Source of the DNA: Atractiella rhizophila
Lineage: Eukaryota
Direction of reading: 5' to 3'
NCBI GenBank assembly: GCA_021432655.1
Contig: MU271461.1
Span: 1 to 60,570 of the forward strand
Length of the DNA: 60,570 nucleotides
Shown here: positions 1 to 13,948 of the stretch, in pieces
Numbering within the stretch: position 1 is the stretch's first letter
Layout: each line of letters begins with the position of its first letter
Translations under genes and position numbers: made by a program
Notes under the pieces: model-generated
The model's database searches: none
What the model saw: the letters and a program-made list of their open reading frames with translations, nothing else
Told to the model about the DNA's origin: nothing

Positions 1-918
1 TGGGGTATCGATAATGTATGCTACCATAGTGGGAAGACTCGAGCTGATGGCGTCTGTGATAATCGCTCCAGAAGCAGACCAGGTGAAAATCTCAATCTGG
101 CCGGGAGTATCAATTATTATATGACTGTCCCAACAGTTAACAACTTGAACTCCAGGAGTAGAGAGGGACAAAGTTGAAACAGGTACTCTACCGTGTTGGC
201 GCGCTTTTCCATGTAGGAGAGCACCTGGTCAAATTTCGTAGTAAAGAGGTTCAGAGACGTAAGAATCGCGCCGTTTGGTCCCAGATTGTACCTTCCAGAA
301 AAAGCAGTCAGGGGCGGGCTTTCGTTGGTAAGAGAGTTCAATTGCAGTCTAAGAGAAAGAAGCGCTGAAGTAACCTTCAGACAAAGTAGCATTACAGGGT
401 TCTCAAACAAATAAAACAAGATGGGTAATCCAGGGGAATGTGGCCGATTGTTGCCACGAAACTAACGTCACTCCTTAAAGGATACTTGTGGCGACGAAAA
501 GTATGCAGAAGAGCTGCTTTGTGTACGTAAGCAGAGCGAAAAATCCAATCGTTCAGTATACGAAGGTGTGCACACACCGCTCCACCCAATATCCAAACAG
601 TAGAGGAAGAGCAACTACTCACTCTTGCATGACCTTTTTATAATCCACCGTGTTCCTTATATCGATGCTAACAAAATCATCGTATCCCAATCTGCTCACA
701 GCAGGGTCAAGATTAATAAGATAAGGCGGCTTTATTTCTTCATTTTTCTTGCTTTTAGTGTGCAAGAAGGAGTTGAGACGCTGTATCATGGTCGACTTTC
801 CTGAGCCTGCCATCCCTATAACGATTATCGTCGTCGCTTGGTGCTCCGTCTTTTCTGCAGCTGCAGCGGGAGTCTCGACATCGGCGCGCTCTTTGCCTTT
901 CGAAGGAGAAGTACTCAT
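1..918 (-). CDS. GPN1: GPN-loop GTPase 1 (Npa3/XAB1), 3' end runs off the window
   Basis: Motifs GMAGSGKST (P-loop), [27 protein letters not shown] and [15 protein letters not shown] across exons. Intron 1 (622..292, GTGAGT...AAG) joins QE to YNLGPNG. Confidence 0.95.
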
Positions 919-1089
919 TGTCGCTGGTTGGCTGAAGTGTAGAGAAATATCGAAAATGTCGCTTCGTAGACTCACTCTTGCTCAGACTCGTGTTTAGGCT
1001 TTGCGGACGGAAATGCAACATTCTGGTTGTGGCCAGTGGCCAGATTGAACTTGTTCAGAGCTTCAGGAATCTCAAAAGTCAGGCTCAGT

Positions 1090-2521
1090 ATGCCTCCACT
1101 CAGTAAGACAGTGAGTGCAGCGACGCAAGCCCACCTCGCGGGACGGTTTCTCTCCCCCAGTCCGACACGTCTCACCAAAGCACTAACAGCCAACATCATA
1201 TACCATGGCTCTTCATTCCTTGTCCTTGCTAAGGATTCAGAGTCTTCGATACAGGCTCAAATTGGAAGTACGCAGAGGCAGAACTGGGAAAAAATGATAA
1301 ACGGTGTGTCAGTGTTATTTCCCCGTTTGTTCTCGCCAGGCTCACCTTTCTTTGGTGGTGCGAAGAGGCGAAAAAGACCTTGTCACTTAAAACGGATCCT
1401 ACGCCGTTAAGTAGGCTTGACAAAGTATGCTCTCTACTGCTGTAGCGCCTCACACTGATAGGATATAATTTTCCAAGTCTGTTACAGGTGCTATTCTCCT
1501 GTCCACTTCAAAACAGAAAACGCGACACCTTTCACGCGACCCCGAAAGCTCAACGGACCTTGTTAAAAATTACTTAGCCATTGTCATTGGAAAACCCGAA
1601 TTTAAAGATCTTGCTCAAGATCCAAGGACTGGCGTGAAGCGAGTGGTGGACGAGTCGACGCTAGAGGAAGAGGACACCTCGAAAAAGAAGAAGAAAAAGG
1701 TTGAGGTTGACGAGTCAAAGATTGAGTGGGAGGTCACGAGTACCATTTCATCGGATGGCTCAATATCTGATTTATCACGCAGTCTGCCTTCCTTCTATTT
1801 CTTTCGCGCACTTACTGACGAGGAAAGCATAGGTGGAAAAGAAAGCCGTACCGTGGTTCGGCTCCTTCACTCCACTCCTACCTTCTCTCTCCTCCACTTC
1901 CGTCTCCTCACCGGCCGCAAACATCAATTACGAGTACAGGCGACAGCTGTACTAGGAACACCTATTCTAGGAGACTTCAAGTATTCACCTCATTCAGCAC
2001 GACGGTCGAAAGATCGAAACTTTCAACAGGTCCAATACGGATTTCAATCGTATTATAATCTCCCTCAGAATAGGATATTCCTTCATTGCTACAACGTAGC
2101 ATTCCCTATATGGGAAAAGTCCTTCGTTGACGTTCAGCCAAAGGGCCAGAGTTTGAAGGCTGAGGAAGGTGTGGAAGCTGCGGAAGCTGCGGAAGCTAAA
2201 CTCTCCACATTGGGAAGAGAGGAGCCAAAAGAGGTGGAACAGGCTGCTACAGCTGAAGATGTGGGAGAGGGGATGATAAGTCGGGAGGAAAGGGATGTGG
2301 AGGACATGGAAACGGAAGAGCTGCAGCAACAGGAAGTGGGGTCAGAGCGTGCAACCTTTACAGCTGAGACATTGGGGGAAGAGCAAGGCTCGAAAAAGAA
2401 GGTGGTTACGAGGAAGCGAGTTGAGGTCTTCTTAGACGTGCCTAAGGAATTCAGGGATCTTTGTGAGAAGCTGAAGTTGGAATTGCCACGTATAGACACC
2501 GGATGGAGAACCGTGGAATAA
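1090..2521 (+). CDS. RluA-family RNA pseudouridine synthase, possibly mitochondrial
   Basis: Removing introns 1304-1365 and 1425-1477 gives PLSRLDKSVTGAILL, then KNYLAIVIG, LLTGRKHQLRVQ...LGTPILGDFKY and IFLHC, which are RluA motifs. There is an acidic low-complexity insert near the C-terminus. Confidence 0.85.
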
Positions 2522-3039
2522 TTATTCACCATTCAGGGCTCAAGCAGCATGCAACGGGACACATTCTTATCACATCTACTGATTCTGTATGTGATATACG
2601 ACTTCTTTCTTACCTAACAGGTAGGAGTAAAGGTTTCATACCACCTTTGAGCTTGAACAAATCAAAGAACCGAGGAACAGCATTGAAAAGGTCAGACAGG
2701 TCTGGTTGGACGAGCTGAAAGGTTGCACAAAAGTAGACAAAACAAACATTAAATCGTTCTAAGTGGGTTAGAAATACAAGATTGATGGATGGCAAGTTAC
2801 TTTTACAGGAACTGGTGGATTTGATGCTTGGAATGGACGCAAGGATAAGTAAGCTTTTGGAGCATGCCAGAAGAACTTCAACAACAAAACGCTCACTCAA
2901 CCAATCATCCACAAGCAATTTGAGAGGGATATAAAGCACACAAGGGAACAGCCCAGAAAAAGGCGGGTACGAAACAAGCCGCAAATGATGGGGCAATGCC
3001 ATCAAAAAAGCCACCATCGACCGGCGTATAGAAGGTGGA

Positions 3040-5490
<2,451 letters not shown>

Positions 5491-6857
5491 TGCAAGTTGT
5501 AGCAAACGCTGAAGGTATTCACTGGAGCTGGGCAGACGGCCAAAGCGTATGAGCAAGGGGCAGATCAGGGACTGTCGCTGTTGATGGGAACAAATGGGAA
5601 CGTCAGCGTCAGTAATATCAAGAAGACTTGATCGATGTATCGGAACCTTATATTGCCACGTGTGAATTCCTCCCCAACCCTTAGGTAATCAGGTATTCGT
5701 TCACAGCTCGTTAGCTTCCTTCCTCATCTTATTGTACTCCCGTTGACAAATATGACACGGTAAACGGCTAAGGGAGCGCCGATATTTCTAGCCATTTCGC
5801 CATTCGTCTGGTTGATCAATTTTCCTCTTATCGTCTCCTCCAATGATTTCAGCGGGCTCTGGCGGGCTGTAAAGGTTCTGCACATTTCCTTCGGGCAAAG
5901 AACTTCATCAGTACTCGGCCTGGAATTAGCAAAATGAAGGATCAGATCCTACATCAGGCTGTCCAATAGTATTTAGAGATTCGTTGACAGAAGAGTATTT
6001 CTCTCTTAGGATGAAGTACTCTTCGTGTGCAATTCAAACACTGACTGTCCCTACTATTCTTTTATTGCAACAACAAAGGTAGCTTCAAACGCAAAACTCA
6101 AGTGCTCATATTCCCACACTTGAGAGGAGGCTTTTGGCCGTCAGTACTCTTGCTCCTTCGATGTTCGTGCCATTGGGACACTCTACCACAATAAGACAGT
6201 ATCACTTGTATATTCTCTAGCTGGGTGACGGAGTAAAAGGAGAGAGCCTATTTTGTGCTGCACTTGGCGCACAAAAAGCGGCTCAGTTTCCCACAATTTA
6301 GTGATGAAATTCCCTTTAGGCGTGCGCCCGTTCTTCATTCCATGCGCTGCGTCTATAAGTACATATTCTTCAATCGTGCGACACCAGCTTTAGTGCTCTT
6401 CAGAGAAAAGGTCCTACTAGCCAGCTGGAGGCGAATCTATGTTCACACTTCACCCATCTTAACAACCCCACACGGAAATCTCGGCTTGAACGACAGATTC
6501 CCGAGCATCAGTTTATCGATATCACTTGCCGCAGTTCTCCAATATTCTATCAGCAGAATATGGCACAAGTTTGTCCTTATCAAGAAGCTGAAGCTGTTTG
6601 AGTTTGCAAAAGTTCTGACTCAGCAAATGCAAAGTGTCCTTGGGCACTGCTGTCTCCTTGGAAGTTAGGCTGATCAGCAAAAGCTTTTTGAGGAAAAATT
6701 AAGAGAGAAAGCGAAGAAGTTGCGAAGAGAAGGCAGCAGATTGTCGCACCCGAATCTAACCGAGTGACCTATCTCGACGCACTCATTTCACCTGCCTTTT
6801 CACCCTCAAGGATTGGCCTTTGGCGACCTCCCCCCGCCTTCAAATCTGCTGTCGCCT

Positions 6858-6994
6858 GATAAAGCTCATAGAATTCTTCCAGATTTTGACGGCCCATCCA
6901 ATTGGAGGTGGTGGTGATAATTCGGGGTTTCCCTTGGCAAACTTTGTCTTATCGCGTCGGCCAGTCGCGGGTTTTGCTTATCGCGCAACGATAA
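6858..6994. promoter_or_regulatory. Cluster of five GATAA/TTATC sites upstream of the ammonium transporter (nitrogen GATA-factor sites)
   Basis: GATAA at 6858, 6916 and 6990, and TTATC at 6949 and 6978, all 115-250 bp before the ATG at 7108. Confidence 0.7.
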
Positions 6995-7107
6995 AAAAGG
7001 ACACCTGCTTCACATAATTTTCCCTGACACTGCACTTTTCGCTAAGACAGCCCTAAAACCATCTAACGTCCAGGAGACTTTTTGCTTCACCAGATCAAAG
7101 TCTCAAG

Positions 7108-9122
7108 ATGGTGAACGTCACCTTCAGCCCAGTGAGCCTGTTTTTCGCTGTTGTTTTTCACAATACTGACGATGTTATTTCTGAATCTAGGAAAGAAATG
7201 TTAGGAAACTCCTTTTAGTGTTAATATACCCCATTTAACCTTCCTCTACAGGTCATCGGGGAAGACGGGACGCTATACAACAATGGAGATATCGCTTGGA
7301 TTCTCAGCTCTGCTGTATGTCGCATTTATGGTGTTTAAGGACCTGACTGACAGGTGATGATTGTTGGAAAGGCTCTTGTCATGATCATGACACCTGGGGG
7401 TGAGCATTTTTCTGTTTTCAATGGATGAAGTATGGGAATTGATGAAGATGTCCTCCGCTACAGTCGGGTTTCTGTACTCTGGCCTTCTGAGACGAAAAAA
7501 TGCACTGTCCATGCTTTACCTCTCCCTTGCAGTGTATGCTGTCATCACTTTCCAATGGTTCTTCTGGTACGTCAATTCACATCAAAGGCTCTGTACCGAC
7601 AGTAAAGGAACTGACCCTTTCATCACGCTTAGGGGATACTCACTCACTTTCTCTGCCACCGGTGGAGATTTCATCGGAAATTTGGACAACTTTGGGTTGA
7701 AGGGCATTTTGGACGAACCGTCTGCTGGTAGCGACAAACTTCCTGGCCTTACCTTCGTTATTTACCAGAGCATGTTCGCGGCCATCAGTGCGTCCATGAT
7801 TATTCATACATTTAAACTGTTAACTAATGACGTTGGTCAACAGCCCCCGCTATTGCAGTGGCTGGAATGGCAGAAAGAGGACGGATTGGACCTTGCTTGG
7901 TCTTCTGCTTTGCTTGGGCACGTGATCCACTCTTGTTTTCTTCCAGGTTTCTACGTTACTTACCTTTTCTGCCCATCAGGCAACGATAGTTTACGACCCA
8001 ATCGCGTGCTGGACGTGGGCCGCTAACGGATGGGGATTCAAGCTTGGTTCCCTCGATTTCGCTGGAGGTGGACCAGTCCATATGAGCTCTGGAACAGCTG
8101 CTCTCGCTTACTCTCTCTGGCTCGGAAAGAGGAGAGGATATGGAACTGACCGCCTTGCTTACAAACCTCACTCTGTCTCGCACGTCATCCTCGGTACCAC
8201 CTGTAAGTTACTCCAGTCTTTACATGAGAAAGAAGAAGAACTGATGGTGCATGAGAAGTCCTGTGGTTCGGATGGTTCGGATTCAACGGCGGTTCTGCTC
8301 TTGGATCAAACGTCAGGGCTACTCAAGCTTTTATTGTCACCAACATCTCAGCCGCCGCCGCCGGTCTCACTTGGTGCTTCCTCGATTATCGGCTCGAGAA
8401 GAAATGGAGCGCTGTCGGTCTCTGCTCTGGAATCCTCGCCGGGTTGGTAGGAATCACGGTACAGTTCCCTTATTTGTCCAAAGGTTGCTCATGATGTGCT
8501 CATGACTGTCAATTAGCCTGCCGCCGGTTTCGTCGGCTCTCCAGCTGCCCTCGCCATCGGTATTATCACTGCGTTCTTTTGCAACTTTGGCACGAAGCTC
8601 AAGTATCTCCTCCGCATCGATGACGCCATTGATGGCTTTGCTCTTCACGGAATCGGAGGATTTGTCGGCTCCATCTGCACTGGCCTGTTTGCTGATGCCC
8701 GCGTCGTGACCTTCGACGGCACGGTTATTGATGGAGGGTGGATCAACCACCATTGGGTTCAACTTGGCTATCAACTGGCAACATCTGTCGCTATCATCTC
8801 TTACACCTTCGTAGTCACATCCATTCTCCTCATTGCCATGGACAAAATTCCCGGTTTCAGTTTGAGGGTTTCAGAAGAGGCGGAGATTGTTGGCGTCGAT
8901 GAAGACCAGCTTGGAGAGTGGGGTTATGACTATGCGGAGACAACCAGGGATATCGACGGGCACATCGAAACAGAGAGTAGGGATTTGAAGAAGTCATCAG
9001 ACAGCGGATCTGCTTTCGAGGAGAAGCAGGCTGCTGGACATCCTAGGGATCCTCATAACTTCCCTCAACACGATGCCCTCGCTCATCCTCACCCTCACCC
9101 AAAGGAGGAAGATAGTGTTTAG
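7108..9122 (+). CDS. Ammonium transporter (Amt/Mep family), multi-exon
   Basis: MVNVTF start, GDIAWIL, ALVMIMTPGVGFLYSGLLRRKNALS, WATIVYDPIACWTW, DFAGGGPVHMSSG, WFGWFGFNGGS and IDDAIDGFALHGIGG (both pore histidines are present). Confidence 0.95.
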
Positions 9123-9610
9123 GTACCTTCATAAACGTGGGACGCTTTTTGTCTGTTCTCAGCTGTAGCAACCCTTCACGAGCGCTTCAATCTCCAGCTT
9201 CTTGTACCACTTTAGACGATCGATTGATTGATGGTTGTTTTCGCTCGCATACATTTCAGGGATAATAATACTAGATTGCGTTATACAGCAAGTCGTATGG
9301 TTCATTTATTCAAAATCCAAAACATGAGCTTGAACAGCTGCAATAAACGGCGCAGCTAAATCTACCTGTCACAATTAGGATTCAAAGTTCCCTTGCAGTT
9401 AATAGTGCACGGTACATCACGTGATACTCGTTGCTGACAACGTTTGATTTGCATCACGCTCCTCACCCACCAGCCTCACCTCCAGGCGGCATCGCTTGAC
9501 TGTGAGCTCAGACTCAGACCTGCTCTAACAATGTTACTCTAATGCTATCTGTATGAGGACTAGGACTCTCAGACCTCTACTGTAGCCTCTCTCGGCCTCA
9601 TCTGACCAAA

Positions 9611-11284
9611 ATGAGTATAGCTCGCTCGCACACAACTTCATGGAACAGCTTTGTATTCCCTCTATTGCGGCGGAAGGCGTCCAGTTTATCTCGCAAGTTG
9701 AATGTAGCCATTGTTGGAGGTGGCCCAGCAGGCTTTTACGCTGCTTCTCGTATTTTGGACTCTTCCAGCTTGACCAAGTTCACGGTCGACTTATTTGAGC
9801 TTTTACCAATGCCTTTCGGACTATCACGCTTTGGCGTTGCGCCGGATCACCCAGAGGTCAAAGTAACTATCTTTTCACTCAAACTCAAAGTGCCAGCATA
9901 GTGCTGATGTGACCGTGCCTAGAATTGCGAGAATAAATTCACGGAGACAGCGAAACATCCTGATTTTCGATTCTTCGGAAATGTACAAATAACGGGACCT
10001 ACCTTCGAATCGTCCCCTTCGAGTACTACTCCATTGGTCAACACCCAGCTATACCCTCACGCGGTTAAAGTTCCCTTTAAAGACCTCCAACTGCACTACG
10101 ACGCGATTCTCCTCTCTTACGGTGCATCGGTGGATCGTCATTTGGGAATTCCACGTGAAGATTCCTTCCCCAACGTAATCTCAGCCCGTGCCTTCGTCAA
10201 TTGGTACAATGGTCATCCGTATTCACCATACAAGGAAGGACTCCCTTTCGATCTTTCGTCAACTGAGGATGTGTCCATCGTTGGTCAAGGAAATGTTGCT
10301 TTGGACGTTGCACGCATTCTTCTGAAACCTGTAGAGGAGTTGGAGAGGACGGATATGCCTCAATATGCGTTAGAGACGTTGAGAAAAGCCCAAGTGAAGA
10401 AAATAGAGATTGTGGGACGGAGAGGGCCTCTACAAATGGCCTGTACGACGAAGGAGGTGAGGGAGTTAATGAACATCCCGCGAACGGCCTTTTTCCTGGA
10501 TGAAGTGGACAAGGGGCATCTCAAAACAGCTTCTGCAGAACTAGCTGAGAATGGTGACTCTGTCCAGAACGGCCGGATGATGAAACGCATTTTCGACCTT
10601 TTACAAAAAGGCTCAAAAGTTTCGCCAGAAGATTCCTCTAAATCGTGGACGTTCAAATTTCTCAAAGCACCACTTGGTCTGGTTGAAGAAGATGGAGGGA
10701 AAATGAAGGCAGTTCAGTGGGGCAGCAATCAGCTTCTGCACGACCGGCACAATTCTAAAGCGTCGAAGGTAACTGCAATTCCTGGCGTGGTGGAAACAAG
10801 GAAGGCCGATGTTCTGTTCAAGAGCATTGGATATCGCTCTGTGGGGATCGACGGACTACCTATGGATGAAAAAACGTCTACATACAAGAATGAAAACGGA
10901 CGGATCCTCGACCAAGCTGGCCGGCGGGTGGGCTTTCCTTCTGAAAAGGTTTTCGAGCTCATCTCTGTGGAGTAGGTTCCGGGCTTATATGCAGCTGGTT
11001 GGTTGGCGAGAGGACCAACTGGGGTCATAGCAGATACATTGTCCTACGCTTATGACAGCGCTGATTCATTGATCTTGGATTCGCGTTCATGTCGTAATCC
11101 ACATCGGACAGAGGACGCTTCGTTGGAAAATTATAGAAAGAAGCTGGAGAAAGACGGAGCGGTGATTTGGAAGGGATGGCAAGCGATCGATGCCGAGGAA
11201 AGGAGAAGGGGAGGAAGAATTGGGAAAGAACGGGTAAAGATTACGGATGTCCATGAGGCGCTGAAGGTTGCTCGTACCACCTGA
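9611..11284 (+). CDS. ARH1: Mitochondrial NADPH:adrenodoxin (ferredoxin) reductase
   Basis: IVGGGPAGFY, PFGLSRFGVAPDHPEVK, IVGQGNVALDVARILL, VGRRGPLQ and GWLARGPTGVI. Two introns. Confidence 0.95.
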
Positions 11285-11730
11285 GGGATGTAAGAAAATG
11301 GAAGTTCACGAAGCTTTGAACCAGCTCAAGTCACTCAGGTCGCTAATATCCAGCTCCCTTCTCCGCACCGCACTCGTACATTTCCACGCGTACTACTGCA
11401 AGCTACGCCTTACTTTGCGCTCAAATCCTCAAAGTTACTATCGCCATTATATGGCTGTAACAAATGAACGGTGTTCTAACGGAGGCAGCACAAGTACTGA
11501 TTTTCAGCGGCGAAGTAACCACAAAGCCAACAGTTCCCTTCCTCCACCAAGCGCACCAAGCTTCTCCCCTCAGCTAATTAGTGACTCCGACGCGTCGATG
11601 TCATCTCACAGCGTTGGTGTGGAGGCCCGTGTGGAATTTGGTGCATTTAAACCAGAACCTCCCAAAGCTTGAAAGGAGAAAGGGAAGTCCAGCGTCTACA
11701 TCGACCTGTCACGTTAGCTCAATTGTTGAA

Positions 11731-12462
11731 ATGGCGTCTCTCAAGCTCTCCAAACCTCTCTCCCTCACTTCAGCCTTCACACTCTCCTCCGGTCACTCCA
11801 TTCCAGCTCTAGGTATGTTGATCATACATCCGTCTCTGACTTCGCTCCGTCATGATCTCTTTCGAGCTCGACTTTGAATATTCCATTCAGCTTGAATAGT
11901 TGATGCTTCTCACAGGGCTCGGGTTCTTTGAAACGCCAAACGGAGCTCCAGCGCTTGAATCTTTCAAAGTCGGGTACAGGCACATTGACAGTGCTCGATA
12001 CTATCAGAATGAAGGGGAGATGGGTGTAGCGGTGCGTCAAAGGTACCGTGGACTTCAGTTTAAATGTCAGAGTTTGAAGTCGCCTCAATTGTTAGTGGTA
12101 TTCCTCGCGAACAAATTTTCTGCACCTCCAAAGTGTTGTCTGAGGACTATGCCTTCTCTCCCTCGATATCCGAAGCAGTCGTGAAGGCCGTAGAATCTTC
12201 TCTATCCAAGTTCGGATGCGATTACTTCGACCTCTACCTCTTGCACGACCCGGGTGCAGGTCCAAAAGGTCGAATCGAGGCGTGGAAAGGACTCGAGGTG
12301 GCCGTGGAGAAGGGATACGTTAAGAGCATCGGTGTGAGCAATTTCTGTGTCGAGCACCTCGAGGAACTTCTGGCTTCGAACCTCAAAATTAGACCTGCCG
12401 TCAATCAAGTGGAGCTGCATCCTTGGTATCAGCAAAGAGATGTTAAGGAGTTTTGTGACAAG
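11731..12462 (+). pseudogene. 3'-truncated copy of the aldo-keto reductase
   Basis: Matches 13949-14680 and is cut at the duplication junction after KEFCDK. Confidence 0.85.
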
Positions 12463-12463
12463 A

Positions 12464-13502
12464 TTTCGATCTTTCGTCAACTGAGGATGTGTCCATCGTT
12501 GGTCAAGGAAATGTTGCTTTGGACGTTGCACGCATTCTTCTGAAGCCTGTAGAAGAATTGGAGAGGACGGATATGCCGCAATATGCGTTAGAGGCGTTGA
12601 GAAAAGCGCAAGTGAAGAAAATAGAGATTGTGGGACGGAGAGGGCCGCTACAAATGGCCTGTACGACGAAGGAGGTGAGGGAGTTGATGAACATCCCGCG
12701 AACGGCCTTCTTCCTGGATGAGGTGGACAAGGGGCATCTCAAAACAGCTTCTGCAGAACTAGCTGAGAATGGTGACTCTGTCCAGAACGGCAGGATGATG
12801 AAACGCATTTTCGACCTTTTACAAAAAGGCTCAAAAGTTTCGCCAGAAGATTCCTCTAAATCGTGGACGTTCAAATTTCTCAAAGCACCACTTGGTCTGG
12901 TTGAAGAAGATGGAGGGAAAATGAAGGCAGTTCAGTGGGGCAGCAATCAGCTTCTGCACGACCGGCACAATTCTAAAGCGTCGAAGGTAACTGCAATTCC
13001 TGGCGTGGTGGAAACAAGGAAGGCCGATGTTCTGTTCAAGAGCATTGGATATCGCTCTGTGGGGATCGACGGACTACCTATGGATGAAAAAACGTCTACA
13101 TACAAGAATGAAAACGGACGGATCCTCGACCAAGCTGGCCGGCGGGTGGGCTTTCCTTCTGAAAAGGTTTTCGAGCTCATCTCTGTGGAGTAGGTTCCGG
13201 GCTTATATGCAGCTGGTTGGTTGGCGAGAGGACCAACTGGGGTCATAGCAGATACATTGTCCTACGCTTATGACAGCGCTGATTCATTGATCTTGGATTC
13301 GCGTTCATGTCGTAATCCACATCGGACAGAGGACGCTTCGTTGGAAAATTATAGAAAGAAGCTGGAGAAAGACGGAGCGGTGATTTGGAAGGGATGGCAA
13401 GCGATCGATGCCGAGGAAAGAAGAAGGGGAGGAAGAATTGGGAAAGAACGGGTAAAGATTACGGATGTCCATGAGGCGCTGAAGGTTGCTCGTACCACCT
13501 GA
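12464..13502 (+). pseudogene. 5'-truncated copy of ARH1
   Basis: Lacks the N-terminal FAD-binding GxGxxG region. It differs from the intact copy mostly by synonymous substitutions. Confidence 0.85.
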
Positions 13503-13948
13503 GGGATGTAAGAAAATGGAAGTTCACGAAGCTTTGAACCAGCTCAAGTCACTCAGGTCGCTAATATCCAGCTCCCTTCTCCGCACCGCACTCGTACATT
13601 TCCACGCGTACTACTGCAAGCTACGCCTTACTTTGCGCTCAAATCCTCAAAGTTACTATCGCCATTATATGGCTGTAACAAATGAACGGTGTTCTAACGG
13701 AGGCAGCACAAGTACTGATTTTCAGCGGCGAAGTAACCACAAAGCCAACAGTTCCCTTCCTCCACCAAGCGCACCAAGCTTCTCCCCTCAGCTAATTAGT
13801 GACTCCGACGCGTCGATGTCATCTCACAGCGTTGGTGTGGAGGCCCGTGTGGAATTTGGTGCATTTAAACCAGAACCTCCCAAAGCTTGAAAGGAGAAAG
13901 GGAAGTCCAGCGTCTACATCGACCTGTCACGTTAGCTCAATTGTTGAA

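Noticed and set aside
9416..9425. ATCACGTGAT palindrome (E-box-like) upstream of ARH1
   Set aside because: A single short site with no supporting evidence.
11268..11672. 134-aa ORF between ARH1 and the AKR (and its copy at 13486-13890)
   Set aside because: No recognisable motif and it overlaps the ARH1 stop. Its recurrence is explained by the duplication.
12064..12543. Possible AKR-ARH1 fusion gene at the duplication junction
   Set aside because: The join is out of frame and stops shortly after the junction.
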